The notes: a model not told the origin generated them from the letters alone. DNA of 64,000 nucleotides from Eubacteriales bacterium (GCA_045661325.1 JAZRFK010000060.1:258-64257), one strand, 5' to 3'. Positions 46,262 to 56,175 are shown, counted from the first letter of the stretch. Numbers and translations are program-made.

Positions 46262-47896
46262 TTATTCCTCATCGTCCACGATTTGCCAGTCCTCCAAAAG
46301 CCGCCCTCCCGCTCCCTTTGGAAGCGTTACAACGGAAAACGGCTCGGAAAGAATACTGCGCCCTATTTTCTCGGAAATAGCGGCCTTAATGGCCAAAAGC
46401 GTGTCCTCTTGGGTCAATATATTTTTAACGAAATCATCTACGACCTGCATCAAGAAGCCCTTTTGCTCGCAATACAGCATCTTAACCTTGGACAAAAAGC
46501 CCGCCAAGGATCGCTTTTGCATCGAAAGGGTTTCAATAACCTCGCGCCAGCAGGGCAAGGGGCGGTAAGCGGCGCTATCCGCTTCCTTGTTCTCGGTTTT
46601 TTCTTCCTTTTTGGCCTCTACCCTTGCTTTCGGGGCTTCGGGCTCTTCTTCTTTTCGGTGGGAAGGAGCGACCGGCTCGCTTTGCGAGGCAACCTTCGCC
46701 TTGGGAGCGCCAACCGCGCCCTCTGTGACAATGGGCGCGCCAAGCTTCAAGCGCGATACCTCCTCCTCAAGTCTTCCTATGCGCGCAAGAAGCGCCGCAG
46801 AATCAAGAGACAGGCGAGAATCACACATACGCGTTAAGGCAAGCTCTGCCGTGCTACGCTTGGCAACACTTCCCTTTTGCATTGCAAAAAGAGCCTCCTC
46901 CAAAAGCTTGCTCTGGTAAGCAAGGCCTTCCAAGGTAAAGAGGGCGGCGACCTCCTTCAAGGCGGCCTCCTCCGCATCCGTCAAGTCTAAATACGCAGCG
47001 GCGTCCTTGGCGGTTTTGACCACCATCATATCACGGTAGGCCTCTATCAGCTCGGAAAAGAAAACGCTCAAATCCTTGGATTTGTTTACAACGTCTGCCA
47101 CCGTAGCATAGATGGCCTCATAATTTCTCTCGGCAATGGCACGGATAACCGAAAGCGTGTCCTCTCTTTTGCCTGCACCAAGCATTTCGCTTACGGTAGA
47201 GACGGTGACAGCCTCGGCACTTCCCGCACAAAGCTCAAAAAGGCTGATAGCATCACGCATACCGCCCTGCGCCAAGCGCGAGATAACCAATGCGGCATCC
47301 TCCTCCAAGGCGATGCCCTCTGCCTTGGCGATGGTTTGCAGTCTGCCCGACAGCTCCGCCGTTGCGATGCGACGAAAATCGTACCGCTGGCAACGGGAAA
47401 TAATGGTTGCGGGCAGCTTTTGCATTTCGGTGGTTGCCAAAATGAAGATAACGTGCGCGGGCGGCTCCTCCAAGGTCTTTAACAAGGCGTTAAAGGCAGA
47501 GGCAGAGAGCATATGCACCTCGTCAATAATGTAAACACGGTAACGCAGGGAGGCAGGCGCAAACAATACCTCTTCCCTGATGTCACGGACGTTTTCAACG
47601 CCATTGTTACTGGCCGCGTCCATCTCCGTGACGTCCGTAGCTCTGCCCTCTGCAATAGAAAGGCAGGCGGCGCACTTATGGCAGGGGTTGCCGTTGACGG
47701 TGTTTTCACAGTTGACGGCCTTGGCAAGAATTTTGGCACAGGAGGTTTTGCCCGTTCCGCGCGAACCGCAGAACAAATACGCATGAGAAAAACGGTTGTT
47801 CGCCACCTGGTACTTCAAAACGTCCGTTATATGCCGCTGGCCAACGACAGAATCAAAATCCTGCGGTCTCCATTTTCGGTATAACGCCTTATGCAT
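46262..47896 (-). CDS. dnaX: DNA polymerase III subunits gamma/tau
   Basis: ORF trimmed to ATG 47896 (AGGAGGTGACGGCG upstream). Motifs YRKWRPQ.F..VVGQ, GSRGTGKTS, a Zn module (C..C..C), and IIDEVHMLS. Confidence 0.95.
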   Translation of the reverse strand: MHKALYRKWRPQDFDSVVGQRHITDVLKYQVANNRFSHAYLFCGSRGTGKTSCAKILAKAVNCENTVNGNPCHKCAACLSIAEGRATDVTEMDAASNNGVENVRDIREEVLFAPASLRYRVYIIDEVHMLSASAFNALLKTLEEPPAHVIFILATTEMQKLPATIISRCQRYDFRRIATAELSGRLQTIAKAEGIALEEDAALVISRLAQGGMRDAISLFELCAGSAEAVTVSTVSEMLGAGKREDTLSVIRAIAERNYEAIYATVADVVNKSKDLSVFFSELIEAYRDMMVVKTAKDAAAYLDLTDAEEAALKEVAALFTLEGLAYQSKLLEEALFAMQKGSVAKRSTAELALTRMCDSRLSLDSAALLARIGRLEEEVSRLKLGAPIVTEGAVGAPKAKVASQSEPVAPSHRKEEEPEAPKARVEAKKEEKTENKEADSAAYRPLPCWREVIETLSMQKRSLAGFLSKVKMLYCEQKGFLMQVVDDFVKNILTQEDTLLAIKAAISEKIGRSILSEPFSVVTLPKGAGGRLLEDWQIVDDEE

Positions 47897-47951
47897 CGCC
47901 GTCACCTCCTGTTTAAACAGTCTAAAAATACAAAGTTCCATCAAAGGAAAA

Positions 47952-48228
47952 GATCATACACCCCAAATTCGACACAGACCTACACGCGTTAACCGCACAC
48001 TCTGCTCCGAACAGGCGCCCCTGTGGCACATGGAAAGCTCCGCTTAATGCTGCTTAGTTCCCTACCTGACATGGTTCACGGTTCCCCATTGCACAAGACC
48101 CATTCTTCAACACAGAGGAATGCGGCGCAGACCGCACAAGCATGCGCCTCCTGAGGAGAATTCGGCCCCGCTACAGCGGATTTCGGGTACAAGGCTCCGC
48201 TACTGCCCCGCTTAGTATGACCTTTTCC
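47952..48228 (-). ncRNA. ffs: signal recognition particle RNA, large (Bacillus-type, with Alu domain)
   Basis: The minus strand reads ...CTAAGCGGGGCAGTAGCGGAGCCTTGTACC...CCATGTCAGGTAGGGAACTAAGCAGCATTAAGCGGAG... This is collinear with B. subtilis scRNA as remembered (GTCAGGTCCGGAAGGAAGCAGC domain IV). The 5' GGTCATAC pairs with the 3' GTATGATC. It lies immediately upstream of dnaX, as usual in Firmicutes. The ends are approximate. Confidence 0.8.
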
Positions 48229-48317
48229 ATTGATGGAAGCGGCATTTTTCTGCCTTTATTATTGTAACAGATATTTCACCTTTTTGCAAGTGGTTTATAA
48301 AATTTTTTCAAGGCGAC

Positions 48318-49052
48318 TCAGATAACGAGGCCACCGTTGACGCCAAGCACCTGCCCTGTGATAAAGGAAGCCGCATCACTTGCCAAAAACAAGACGGCAG
48401 AGGCCACGTCAGCAGTGCTTCCGAGACGCCCAAGCGGCGTTTCCTCCACGAGCGCATCCTTATCCGCCTTGGACAGATGACCGTTCATTTCCGTATCAAT
48501 CACACCGGGAGAGACGGCGTTCACGGTGATGCCCGAGGGGCCAACCTCCTTGGCCAAGGCCTTGGTGAAGCCGATAAGCCCTGCCTTCGTAACGGAATAA
48601 TGCACCTCCATGGAGGCACCGACCTCGCCCCACATAGACGAAACGTTTATTATTCTACCGCTTTTGCGACGAATCATACCGGGAAGCACCTCGCTCGCGT
48701 AAAAAAGGGCGCTATCAAGGTTGACCGCGCAAAGCGCGCGCCACTCCTGCTCGGACACCTCATCAAAAAGCTTCACAAGAGAAAGTGCGGCGTTATTGAC
48801 CAAAACAGAGACGAAGCCATAGGCCTCCTCGGCCACTCTGACGGCCGCAGCGATTTCCTGCTTGGAGGCCGAATCCGCGAGAATGGAGAGCGCCCCCGTT
48901 TCCTCTGCCAGAAGCGAAGCCTCCCTTTGCGATTTTTTATAAGTGAAGGCTACCTCAAAGCCGGCTTTGCGAAATGCGCGCACTATCTCACTTCCAATAC
49001 CGCGCGATCCGCCGTTTACCAAAACGCAGCCGCGTTTTCCGTTTTCCGTCAT
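48318..49052 (-). CDS. SDR family oxidoreductase (FabG-like)
   Basis: Cofactor motif VNGGSRGIG, the NNAA motif, and the catalytic S...Y..TK (YSVTKAG). Confidence 0.8.
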   Translation of the reverse strand: MTENGKRGCVLVNGGSRGIGSEIVRAFRKAGFEVAFTYKKSQREASLLAEETGALSILADSASKQEIAAAVRVAEEAYGFVSVLVNNAALSLVKLFDEVSEQEWRALCAVNLDSALFYASEVLPGMIRRKSGRIINVSSMWGEVGASMEVHYSVTKAGLIGFTKALAKEVGPSGITVNAVSPGVIDTEMNGHLSKADKDALVEETPLGRLGSTADVASAVLFLASDAASFITGQVLGVNGGLVI

Positions 49053-49213
49053 AAAATTTCTCCCATCTGCCGCAAAAGCGACCCTTTCCTTTTAATATTA
49101 TAAGATTTTCGGAATAAAAAGTCAATCGTCTATGACAAACATCTTGCATTTTTTGCTTTCTTGCGTTACAATCTATATGACATTTAAGAAAAATCTCTTA
49201 TGAAGCGCGAACG

Positions 49214-49897
49214 ATGACGCTTCAAAGCTCATTTTTGAAAGGTTGCGCTATGCTACTCGCCATCAGTCCCTCCCCCAAGGCCTTAAAGACCTTAAAAAAG
49301 GCTTTATTTTCTCATCATTATTTTGCTCTTTACGCATTTCCCGACAAGCTTTTTGAGACCGCCGCCCTCTTTCCGCCAAAAGCGCTTCTTTTGCTTTACT
49401 GTCAATATGACGGCGAAATGCAAAAAATGCTTTCGACCTTTAAAAAGCAATATCCCAAGACTCACGTGATTTGGATAGGCAAGGCGCCCTTGAAGAAAAA
49501 GCCCGCAACCCTTGACACTGTGATGATATACCCTATGCGTCTTTCCTACAAGGCTCTTCTTACCAAGCTCTTTTCCTTCAATCACGAAAGGCCTGACGGC
49601 TCTCTTTTAACCAAGGGGCTTTATCTCTCCCCTTTGGACAAGACGGCCGCCATTTACGGTCACCAGGTTCTCTTTTCACTTTCACATATTTCCGTTTTGC
49701 GTCTGCTTTCCGAGGCGGCACCGCGCCATCTCTCTGCCGAGGAAATCGCGCTTCTTTGCTCCTTCCCGAGTGAGCCCTTAACGCCATCCACCATCGTTTC
49801 CCGCATATCAAGGTTAAACGACTGTGTTAAGCGCTCCTATGCGCTAACGCGCCGTTTAGTCCAAAAGGACGAGACAGGCTACTACATCGCGCCTTGA
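49214..49897 (+). CDS. OmpR-type winged-helix protein with degenerate receiver-like N-terminal half
   Basis: The C-terminal 90 aa look like an OmpR/PhoB DNA-binding domain (...LSAEEIALL...STIVSRISRLNDCVK...VQKDETGYYI). The N-terminal half lacks an obvious phospho-acceptor Asp. The start is uncertain (49214 or 49250). Confidence 0.45.
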   Translation: MTLQSSFLKGCAMLLAISPSPKALKTLKKALFSHHYFALYAFPDKLFETAALFPPKALLLLYCQYDGEMQKMLSTFKKQYPKTHVIWIGKAPLKKKPATLDTVMIYPMRLSYKALLTKLFSFNHERPDGSLLTKGLYLSPLDKTAAIYGHQVLFSLSHISVLRLLSEAAPRHLSAEEIALLCSFPSEPLTPSTIVSRISRLNDCVKRSYALTRRLVQKDETGYYIAP

Positions 49898-49989
49898 AAA
49901 CGGCCGAAGGATTCCCTCGAATAGAAACAAGCTGCCCTTGCATATGGTATGTAAGGGCGGCTTTTTTTCGCCTTGAAAGGAGCTTTCGT

Positions 49990-50697
49990 ATGTTTTGGCA
50001 ATTACTTGCGGCTATTTTTTCTCATTTTTCCTGTATCATTTTAGGAATAGAAAACGGGCAGTGCTTTCCGCCGCCTCTGAACGCCGCCGAGGAAAGAGCG
50101 CTTTTCGCGCAAAAGAAGCTGGGTGACGCCGCGGCAAGAAACAAGCTGATTGAGCATAATTTGCGCTTGGTTGCCCATATGGTAAAGAAATATTACGCCT
50201 CCTATCCCATGCAGGACGATTTGGTTTCCATCGGCTCTTTGGGGCTTATCAAGGCAGTTGACACCTTCAACCCTGACAACGGCGCGCGCTTTGCCACCTA
50301 TGCGGCGAAATGTATTCAAAACGAGATATTGATGTTTTTCCGCTCGCAAAAAAAGCTTTCCTGCGAGGTTTCCATCAATGAGACCATTGACCTTGACAAC
50401 GATGGCAATCCGCTTACCTACGGCGACATCGTTTATACGGAGGACAACGCGCTGGAGGAGCTCGACCTTCGCATACATACCGAGAAAGCGCTTTTGGCTG
50501 TCAAGGACCTTCTTGACGATAGGGAGCGCCAGATTATCGTTTTGCGTTACGGACTTGGCTCCTTGCCACCGAAAACGCAACGCGAGGTGGCTTCTATGCT
50601 GCATATTTCACGCTCCTACGTCAGCCGCATTGAAAAAAAGGCGCTTTTGCGGCTTCGCCGCAGCTTTAAGGACTCCGTTCCCGATTTTGAAAATTAA
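49990..50697 (+). CDS. sigK: RNA polymerase sporulation sigma factor SigK (pro-sigma-K), uninterrupted
   Basis: ORF 49894..50697 trimmed to ATG 49990 (AAAGGAG upstream). Hydrophobic pro-sequence followed by FPPPLN. LIEHNLRLVAHMVKKY and ISRSYVSRIEKKAL match SigK rather than SigE. Confidence 0.85.
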   Translation: MFWQLLAAIFSHFSCIILGIENGQCFPPPLNAAEERALFAQKKLGDAAARNKLIEHNLRLVAHMVKKYYASYPMQDDLVSIGSLGLIKAVDTFNPDNGARFATYAAKCIQNEILMFFRSQKKLSCEVSINETIDLDNDGNPLTYGDIVYTEDNALEELDLRIHTEKALLAVKDLLDDRERQIIVLRYGLGSLPPKTQREVASMLHISRSYVSRIEKKALLRLRRSFKDSVPDFEN

Positions 50698-50780
50698 TTT
50701 TTGAACATAAAAAGCAAAATCAAGGGTACACTAAACACAAACGGAGCTTTCCGTACTTTCGAAAGGAGAAAAAGGCCTTG

Positions 50781-50996
50781 ATGATATTGGATAGGATTGC
50801 GCTGGCTTTAACCATTATCGGCGCATTGAACTGGGGCTCTATTGGGCTATTCGCCTTTGATATCGTGGCTTGGATTGGCGGTGGACAGCTTGCACTGTTC
50901 AGCCGTATCGTATACACGCTGGTTGCCTTGGCAGGCATTTGGTGTATTTCGATTCTGTTCCGCCCCTCCGACGAGCCCTTAGTCCACAGAGACTAA
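50781..50996 (+). CDS. DUF378 domain membrane protein
   Basis: IGALNWGSIGLFAFDIVAWI is the family signature. ATG 50781 is preferred to the TTG at 50778. Confidence 0.8.
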   Translation: MILDRIALALTIIGALNWGSIGLFAFDIVAWIGGGQLALFSRIVYTLVALAGIWCISILFRPSDEPLVHRD

Positions 50997-51289
50997 TCGC
51001 CGCTATTCATAAGCCGTCATCCCCGTGAAGCCGCGGCGCTATCCCATTTGGATAGCGCCGTTTTTGTTTTTCCTCATATAAAAAATTCCATACAGCATAC
51101 CTTCAAATCCGCCCCTTTGAAATGCGTTGAGCCAAGGTAGCGCGCGACAGAAAGCCTCATATACTGAAAACGGGTGATTTCCCGACGGTTTCCATAATTT
51201 GTATGATTAAAAACCGAGAAAACGAGGCAAGAATAATCATGAAAACAGACAAAGAAAGGAAATATTCTCAAAAAAAAGGAGTCGCGCCG

Positions 51290-51685
51290 ATGAACATAAA
51301 AAGAGGAGATATTTATTACGCCGATTTAAGTCCCGTTGTGGGAAGCGAGCAGGGGGGAATCCGCCCTGTTTTGATAGTCCAGAATGACGTTGGCAACCGA
51401 TACAGCCCCACCGTTATTGCAGCCGCCATTACGAGCCGCATGGGAAAAACCAAGCTTCCCACGCACATTGATATATACGCAGACGAGGTGGGGCTTGCCA
51501 AGGACTCGGTTGTTTTGCTTGAACAAATCCGCACCCTTGACAAGCGCCGCCTGCGAGAAAAGATGGGACACCTTGACAGTGCCGCCATGGAAAGAGTGAA
51601 CGGTGCTATATCCGTCAGCTTCGGTCTTGTTTCCGAGGACGAACGAAACACCCGCGTGTATACAGGTCACGGAAGCCTTGGCTAA
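51290..51685 (+). CDS. mazF: PemK/MazF family endoribonuclease toxin
   Basis: ORF 51203..51685 trimmed to ATG 51290 (AAAGGAG upstream). [42 protein letters not shown] is near-identical in pattern to EndoA/MazF. Confidence 0.85.
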   Translation: MNIKRGDIYYADLSPVVGSEQGGIRPVLIVQNDVGNRYSPTVIAAAITSRMGKTKLPTHIDIYADEVGLAKDSVVLLEQIRTLDKRRLREKMGHLDSAAMERVNGAISVSFGLVSEDERNTRVYTGHGSLG

Positions 51686-51777
51686 TTTACAGAGTCGTAA
51701 CAAAATCGCCAACCTTTTTTCCCTTTCTTATGCTATACTAAAATAGAACAACAATCGGAAAGGCTTGGGTATAGACG

Positions 51778-52503
51778 ATGAAATGGACGGAAGCTTACGT
51801 TACTGACTCGCATGACCTTGATTTTAACAGTGTTTTGCGAACCTCCGCTTTAATGCATTACGTGCAGGAGAGCGCCAACGCGCAGCACAGAAACGTGGGC
51901 CCGACCCTTGAGGAAATCCGCGAAAAAGGCTTTGCCTTTTTGGTCAGCCGCTTTTCGCTTTCGCTTTTGCGGCCTATCCTTCCCTACGAAAGACTTTCCG
52001 TTGAAACCTTCACCACCGAAAGCCGCGGCTATTCCTTTAATCGCATCGCACGCGTTACGATTGACGGTGCGCTCGTTGCCGAGGCGCATTCCGTTTGGGC
52101 GATGGTGGATATACAAACGCGGCGCCCTGTTCGCGTTTCTGATTCCGGCTGCTTCTTCGCGCCCGAGGAATATCCTCTGCCGCCGAGCGAACGGCTCATT
52201 TTCCCGCAGGACGCTGCCTTTGACGAGCCCGTTTTTCACCGCGTCAGCTACGGAGACTGCGATTTAAATATGCATATGAACAATACAAAATATGTCGATA
52301 TGCTTTGCGATCTGCTTCCAATGAAGGATAAATTCGTTTCCTCCTTCCGTATTCATTTTCTGAACGAGGCCAAGCACGGTGACACGCTTTCGCTGCTGCA
52401 TATGAGACAGGGAGAGAAGGATACCTTCCGCACTCTTTGCTCTGACGGCAAGGTAAACGTTGAGGCAGCGCTTACCCTTTCCCCTATTTCCTCTCTTTCT
52501 TAA
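51778..52503 (+). CDS. acyl-ACP thioesterase
   Basis: 241 aa with a double hot-dog layout. The N-terminal pattern (D.D.N......S.L..Y.QE.A..H) and the C-terminal D.NMH.NN.KY are typical of the family. Confidence 0.7.
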   Translation: MKWTEAYVTDSHDLDFNSVLRTSALMHYVQESANAQHRNVGPTLEEIREKGFAFLVSRFSLSLLRPILPYERLSVETFTTESRGYSFNRIARVTIDGALVAEAHSVWAMVDIQTRRPVRVSDSGCFFAPEEYPLPPSERLIFPQDAAFDEPVFHRVSYGDCDLNMHMNNTKYVDMLCDLLPMKDKFVSSFRIHFLNEAKHGDTLSLLHMRQGEKDTFRTLCSDGKVNVEAALTLSPISSLS

Positions 52504-52632
52504 AATAACTTTTATAGAGGGCGGCGCATTTTATGCGCCGCCCTCTTTTCCCTTTTTTCTTCTATTCTCTTTTTGGACGCCTCCTCATATACTGTATTAT
52601 CACGATGACATAAGAGAGAAAGGAACGAAAAA

Positions 52633-53571
52633 ATGAATACCTATATGCCTGAGGGTATGTTTGGCGATTATAGCAAAAGCGAAGCGGCAAGCTTTCTGCC
52701 GCGCGATCTGGAAAGGGCCATAGAAAAGAAGAAAATCCTACAAGCTCCCGTTACCCTTTGCGATGGAGAGATGAATTTGCACGTGGCGCTGGGGAACGGC
52801 TTGGAGGGCATTATTCCCTACGGAGAAACGGTTTACACCAGAAAGGGAGAGTCCATCAAGGATATTGCCGTTTTGACGCGCGTGGGAAAGACAGTGGCCT
52901 TTCGTGTTATTGACGTCAAGAAGCAGCCAAACGGACGCCCTTGCTATATTCTGTCAAGACGGGAGGCACAAAGAGAGTGCTACGAAAACAAAATTTCTCT
53001 TTTGCGCCCGGGAGACGTGATTCCTGCGAAAATCACGCACATGGAGGGCTTCGGCGCCTTTGCAGACATTGGGTGCGGCATCATTTCGCTCCTCTCCGTT
53101 GACTTGATTTCCGTTTCTCGCATCGCGCACCCGCGCTTTCGCTTTTCTCTCGGCCAAGAAATTCAGGTGGTGGTAAAGGCCAAGGACGAGGCAGGGCGTA
53201 TTTTTATCAGCCACAAGGAGCTGCTTGGCACCTGGGAAGAAAACGCCGCCTTGTTTCAGGTTGGGCAGACGGTAACCGGCATTGCGCGAAGTCGGGAGCC
53301 TTACGGTGTTTTCGTTGAGCTTACCCCCAATCTGACAGGACTTGCCGAGCCACGCGAGGACATTGCGGAAAACTCCGCCGTTGCCGTTTACATCAAGAAC
53401 ATTTTAAGAGAAAAAATGAAAATCAAGCTGGTGATTATTGATACCTATCCTGCCAAGCCGCCGCGCTTATCCCTTCCCCCTTTTCCCTCCGCTGACAAAA
53501 TCACCCATATAGACCGCTGGATTTACTCGCCAAGGGATGCCGAAAAGCGCGTTGAGAGCGTTTTCTCCTGA
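52633..53571 (+). CDS. S1 RNA-binding domain protein (three S1 repeats)
   Basis: Repeated G.(V/I).G.(V/I)........(G/A).F(V/A)(D/E)(I/L) motifs (GDVIPAKITHMEGFGAFADIG; GQTVTGIARSREPYGVFVELT). Confidence 0.7.
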   Translation: MNTYMPEGMFGDYSKSEAASFLPRDLERAIEKKKILQAPVTLCDGEMNLHVALGNGLEGIIPYGETVYTRKGESIKDIAVLTRVGKTVAFRVIDVKKQPNGRPCYILSRREAQRECYENKISLLRPGDVIPAKITHMEGFGAFADIGCGIISLLSVDLISVSRIAHPRFRFSLGQEIQVVVKAKDEAGRIFISHKELLGTWEENAALFQVGQTVTGIARSREPYGVFVELTPNLTGLAEPREDIAENSAVAVYIKNILREKMKIKLVIIDTYPAKPPRLSLPPFPSADKITHIDRWIYSPRDAEKRVESVFS

Positions 53572-53640
53572 AGCTTTTGCCTTTTTTTCGCATAATCAAG
53601 AAAATTTCTTTGTTTTTTTTCAAAAAAAAGAAAATTACTA

Positions 53641-53669
53641 TTGATTTTTTTGAAAACTCGTGCTATAAT
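53641..53669 (+). promoter_or_regulatory. sigma-A promoter of rpmB
   Basis: TTGATT (53641-53646), 17-nt spacer ending in TGc, TATAAT (53664-53669). Confidence 0.6.
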
Positions 53670-53744
53670 ACGATATGTTGAATTTAAAGATATACTGACA
53701 TGTAAATGTTTGTATCGGTATTATGCGAATAGGAGGTGTCACGC

Positions 53745-53933
53745 ATGGCAAAGTGTTCTATGTGCGGTAAGGGAGTTGTGTTCGGTCACACCGTTTCTCA
53801 CTCTAACCGTAAGTGTAACAGAACTTGGAAGCCGAACATCCGCAGAGTGAAGGCTGTTGTTGACGGAACGAACAAAACGATTTACGTTTGCTCTCGTTGC
53901 CTTCGCACCCAGAAAAAGGCTGCCAAAGCTTAA
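53745..53933 (+). CDS. rpmB: 50S ribosomal protein L28
   Basis: MAKCSMCGKGVVFGHTVSHSNRKCNRTWKPNIRRVK. ATG 53745 has AGGAGGTG upstream. 62 aa. Confidence 0.9.
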   Translation: MAKCSMCGKGVVFGHTVSHSNRKCNRTWKPNIRRVKAVVDGTNKTIYVCSRCLRTQKKAAKA

Positions 53934-53984
53934 AAGCTTACAAGAAAAAGGATTGCGTGACGCAATCCTTTCTTGTTTTTTACG

Positions 53985-54018
53985 AAAAAAACGCTTCGGT
54001 TTTACCGAAGCGTTTTTC
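53985..54018. terminator. bidirectional terminator between rpmB and the Gfo/Idh/MocA gene
   Basis: Stem ACGCTTCGG / CCGAAGCGT (53991-53999 / 54005-54013), A-run before and T-run after. A second hairpin lies at 53950-53968. Confidence 0.75.
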
Positions 54019-54025
54019 TTTGCTT

Positions 54026-55162
54026 TTAGAAATCGATTTTCCAATCCTCGTCCCAAGGATAGCGCATATACAAAACCTCGCCGCCGCGCTTGGCAGACTC
54101 CTCAGCGTAAATGCCGGGCAGGGTCATGCAAAGGCCTTCCTTCAAGGAGATGGGCGCAGGCTTGCCGTTGGCAATGGCGTCATAGAAATGGTCAAGCAAG
54201 GCATAGTCCATTCCGCCGTGTCCAAAGGAGGCCGCCTTTGCATTGCCTGCGTAAGCGGGAGGCATAAATTCGCCGCCAATCTCCTTTAACTCCATATCCA
54301 GCTCCTTCATGGAGTTATAACGGATAACGGGCTTATCGTTGCGCTCGATTCTCTCCATATAGCCCTCCGTGCCAAAGACACGGTAATTATGATGGCCAAT
54401 CTTGGCGCGGCAACGGCCGTTACGCATCAGACGAACGACAACACCCGATTCGGTGCGGAACTGGGCGCACTGCATATCGTCCTTTTTGAAATTCGCATTA
54501 TAATCGTCCGCGTGCATACCCGTGCCAAAGCAGGAAACGTAACGCAGCTCCTCCTTTACCACCGTAAGCAATGGGCCAAGGGAGTGGGTGCAGTAGCGAA
54601 TGGGAATCAAAAGGCGGCGCCAGTCGCCGTTCTCGTTGAGGTGAACGCTGGTCTGGCTACCCGGCATAGACCAATGGATGTACTCTGCCTCCATACAGTA
54701 GGGGTTACCGAGAAGGCCCTTGTCATAAAATTCCTTCAAAAGAACGGTGAACTTCTGCTCGTTGGGATTGGCACCAACGGAAATGGTTGCCGTGGATTCC
54801 TCGGCGGCCTTCCAGAGCATTTCTGCCTCGGCAAGACTGGCAACAACGGGAATATCGGTCAACACGTTGATATTCTTGTAGAGAGCCTTGGCGCAAAATT
54901 CCGCGTGAATATCCGCGCCCGTTTCTACGACAACTACGTCAAGATTTGCCTTGTCCAGCATTTCGTCATAATTTTCATAGAAGGTGGCGTTGGGATACAT
55001 CTCTGCCAAAGGGGCGGGAGAGAGCCATTGCTTTTCATACCAGTTGCGGGGCAAAATGTCGCAAGCGGCGGCAATTTCAACGACGTCGAAGGCATCCGAC
55101 ATCGTCAGCATATGTCTGCCGCGATGACCAAGACCAACCACGCCAACACGAAGCTTTTTCAT
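54026..55162 (-). CDS. Gfo/Idh/MocA family oxidoreductase
   Basis: N-terminal Rossmann motif LRVGVVGLGHRG. 378 aa with the family's typical two-domain layout. Confidence 0.8.
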   Translation of the reverse strand: MKKLRVGVVGLGHRGRHMLTMSDAFDVVEIAAACDILPRNWYEKQWLSPAPLAEMYPNATFYENYDEMLDKANLDVVVVETGADIHAEFCAKALYKNINVLTDIPVVASLAEAEMLWKAAEESTATISVGANPNEQKFTVLLKEFYDKGLLGNPYCMEAEYIHWSMPGSQTSVHLNENGDWRRLLIPIRYCTHSLGPLLTVVKEELRYVSCFGTGMHADDYNANFKKDDMQCAQFRTESGVVVRLMRNGRCRAKIGHHNYRVFGTEGYMERIERNDKPVIRYNSMKELDMELKEIGGEFMPPAYAGNAKAASFGHGGMDYALLDHFYDAIANGKPAPISLKEGLCMTLPGIYAEESAKRGGEVLYMRYPWDEDWKIDF

Positions 55163-55330
55163 TTTATATTCTCCTTTTACAGCAAAATGGGCTTGCTACC
55201 ACAAGTATAACACAGAAAAACGGAAAGTAAATAGAAAAATCCCATTTTTTACAGTAAAAAAACCATATAATATTGATTTTTTACAAAAGAGGTGTATAAT
55301 GAAATCAATCAACGCGCAAGGAGAAGATCA

Positions 55331-56131
55331 ATGCGGGATATATGCAACTTTATTCCCGCCACCGAAAGCGGCGGAAACATCACCTACTATCATTTTGTGT
55401 ACGAAACGGGAATCAAAACCTTGAAGCAGCCCTTTTTGCACCGTTTCTACCATTTGATTCTGGTTGCCAAGGGCAAGGGCATCTTCAAGCGGCGTGGCCG
55501 TGAGATACCCGTTGAGACAGGCACCCTTTTCGTTGTCTTTCCGCATCAGCCCTACGAGATTATAGCGGAGGAGGGTTTTACCTTTCTTTATATTGATTTC
55601 GACGGAAGCCGTGTAGAAAAGCTCTTTGAGCAAACCGGCATCACGGAAAGCAAGTGCGTTTTTCAGAATTTCGGGCATTTATACGATTTCTGGGTTTCCT
55701 CCATCAAGCGCGTCACCCGCGAGAATGCCACCACCCTGACCGAAAGCGTTTTACTCTATTCTCTTTCCTTTATCGGCAAAAACGGGCAAAGCACCGAGTT
55801 AAAGGATGCGGAGCGCTTCGAGGCGGCGTTGGAATATGTTGACAGCAACTATACCGACCCTTCCCTGTCCATCAAAAAAATCGCGGGGCTTTACTTTTAC
55901 AACGAAAAGTATTTTTCTGCCTTATTCCGCAAGAAAACGGGCGAAAAGTTTACCGACTATCTGAACCGCCTGCGCGTGGAGCATTCGGTCCGTCTTTTGC
56001 AGACGGGTGAGGGCAGCATCAGCGTGCTTGCGGAGTCCTCGGGCTTTAACGACCCCTTCTATTTCTCCAAGGTCTTTAAGCGCTTTGTGGGCAAAACGCC
56101 GACGGAATATAAGAAGGCGCTCTTAAAATAA
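55331..56131 (+). CDS. AraC family transcriptional regulator
   Basis: ORF trimmed to ATG 55331 (AAGGAGAAGATCA upstream). N-terminal cupin-like sensor and C-terminal double HTH (FSALFRKKTGEKFTDYLNRLRVEHSVRLL...FYFSKVFKRFVGKTPTEY). Confidence 0.85.
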   Translation: MRDICNFIPATESGGNITYYHFVYETGIKTLKQPFLHRFYHLILVAKGKGIFKRRGREIPVETGTLFVVFPHQPYEIIAEEGFTFLYIDFDGSRVEKLFEQTGITESKCVFQNFGHLYDFWVSSIKRVTRENATTLTESVLLYSLSFIGKNGQSTELKDAERFEAALEYVDSNYTDPSLSIKKIAGLYFYNEKYFSALFRKKTGEKFTDYLNRLRVEHSVRLLQTGEGSISVLAESSGFNDPFYFSKVFKRFVGKTPTEYKKALLK

Positions 56132-56144
56132 GGGCAATGATACA

Positions 56145-56175
56145 AAAGGAACAGGCGCCAGCCTGTTCCTTTTTG
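56145..56175 (+). terminator. rho-independent terminator after araC-family gene
   Basis: Stem AGGAACAGGC / GCCTGTTCCT (56147-56156 / 56161-56170) followed by TTTT. Confidence 0.8.

Noticed and set aside
49894-50697. Possible skin-like interruption or truncation of sigK.
   Set aside because: The ORF is continuous from the pro-sequence through region 4.2 (ISRSYVSRIEKKAL), and no recombinase gene is nearby. The gene is intact.
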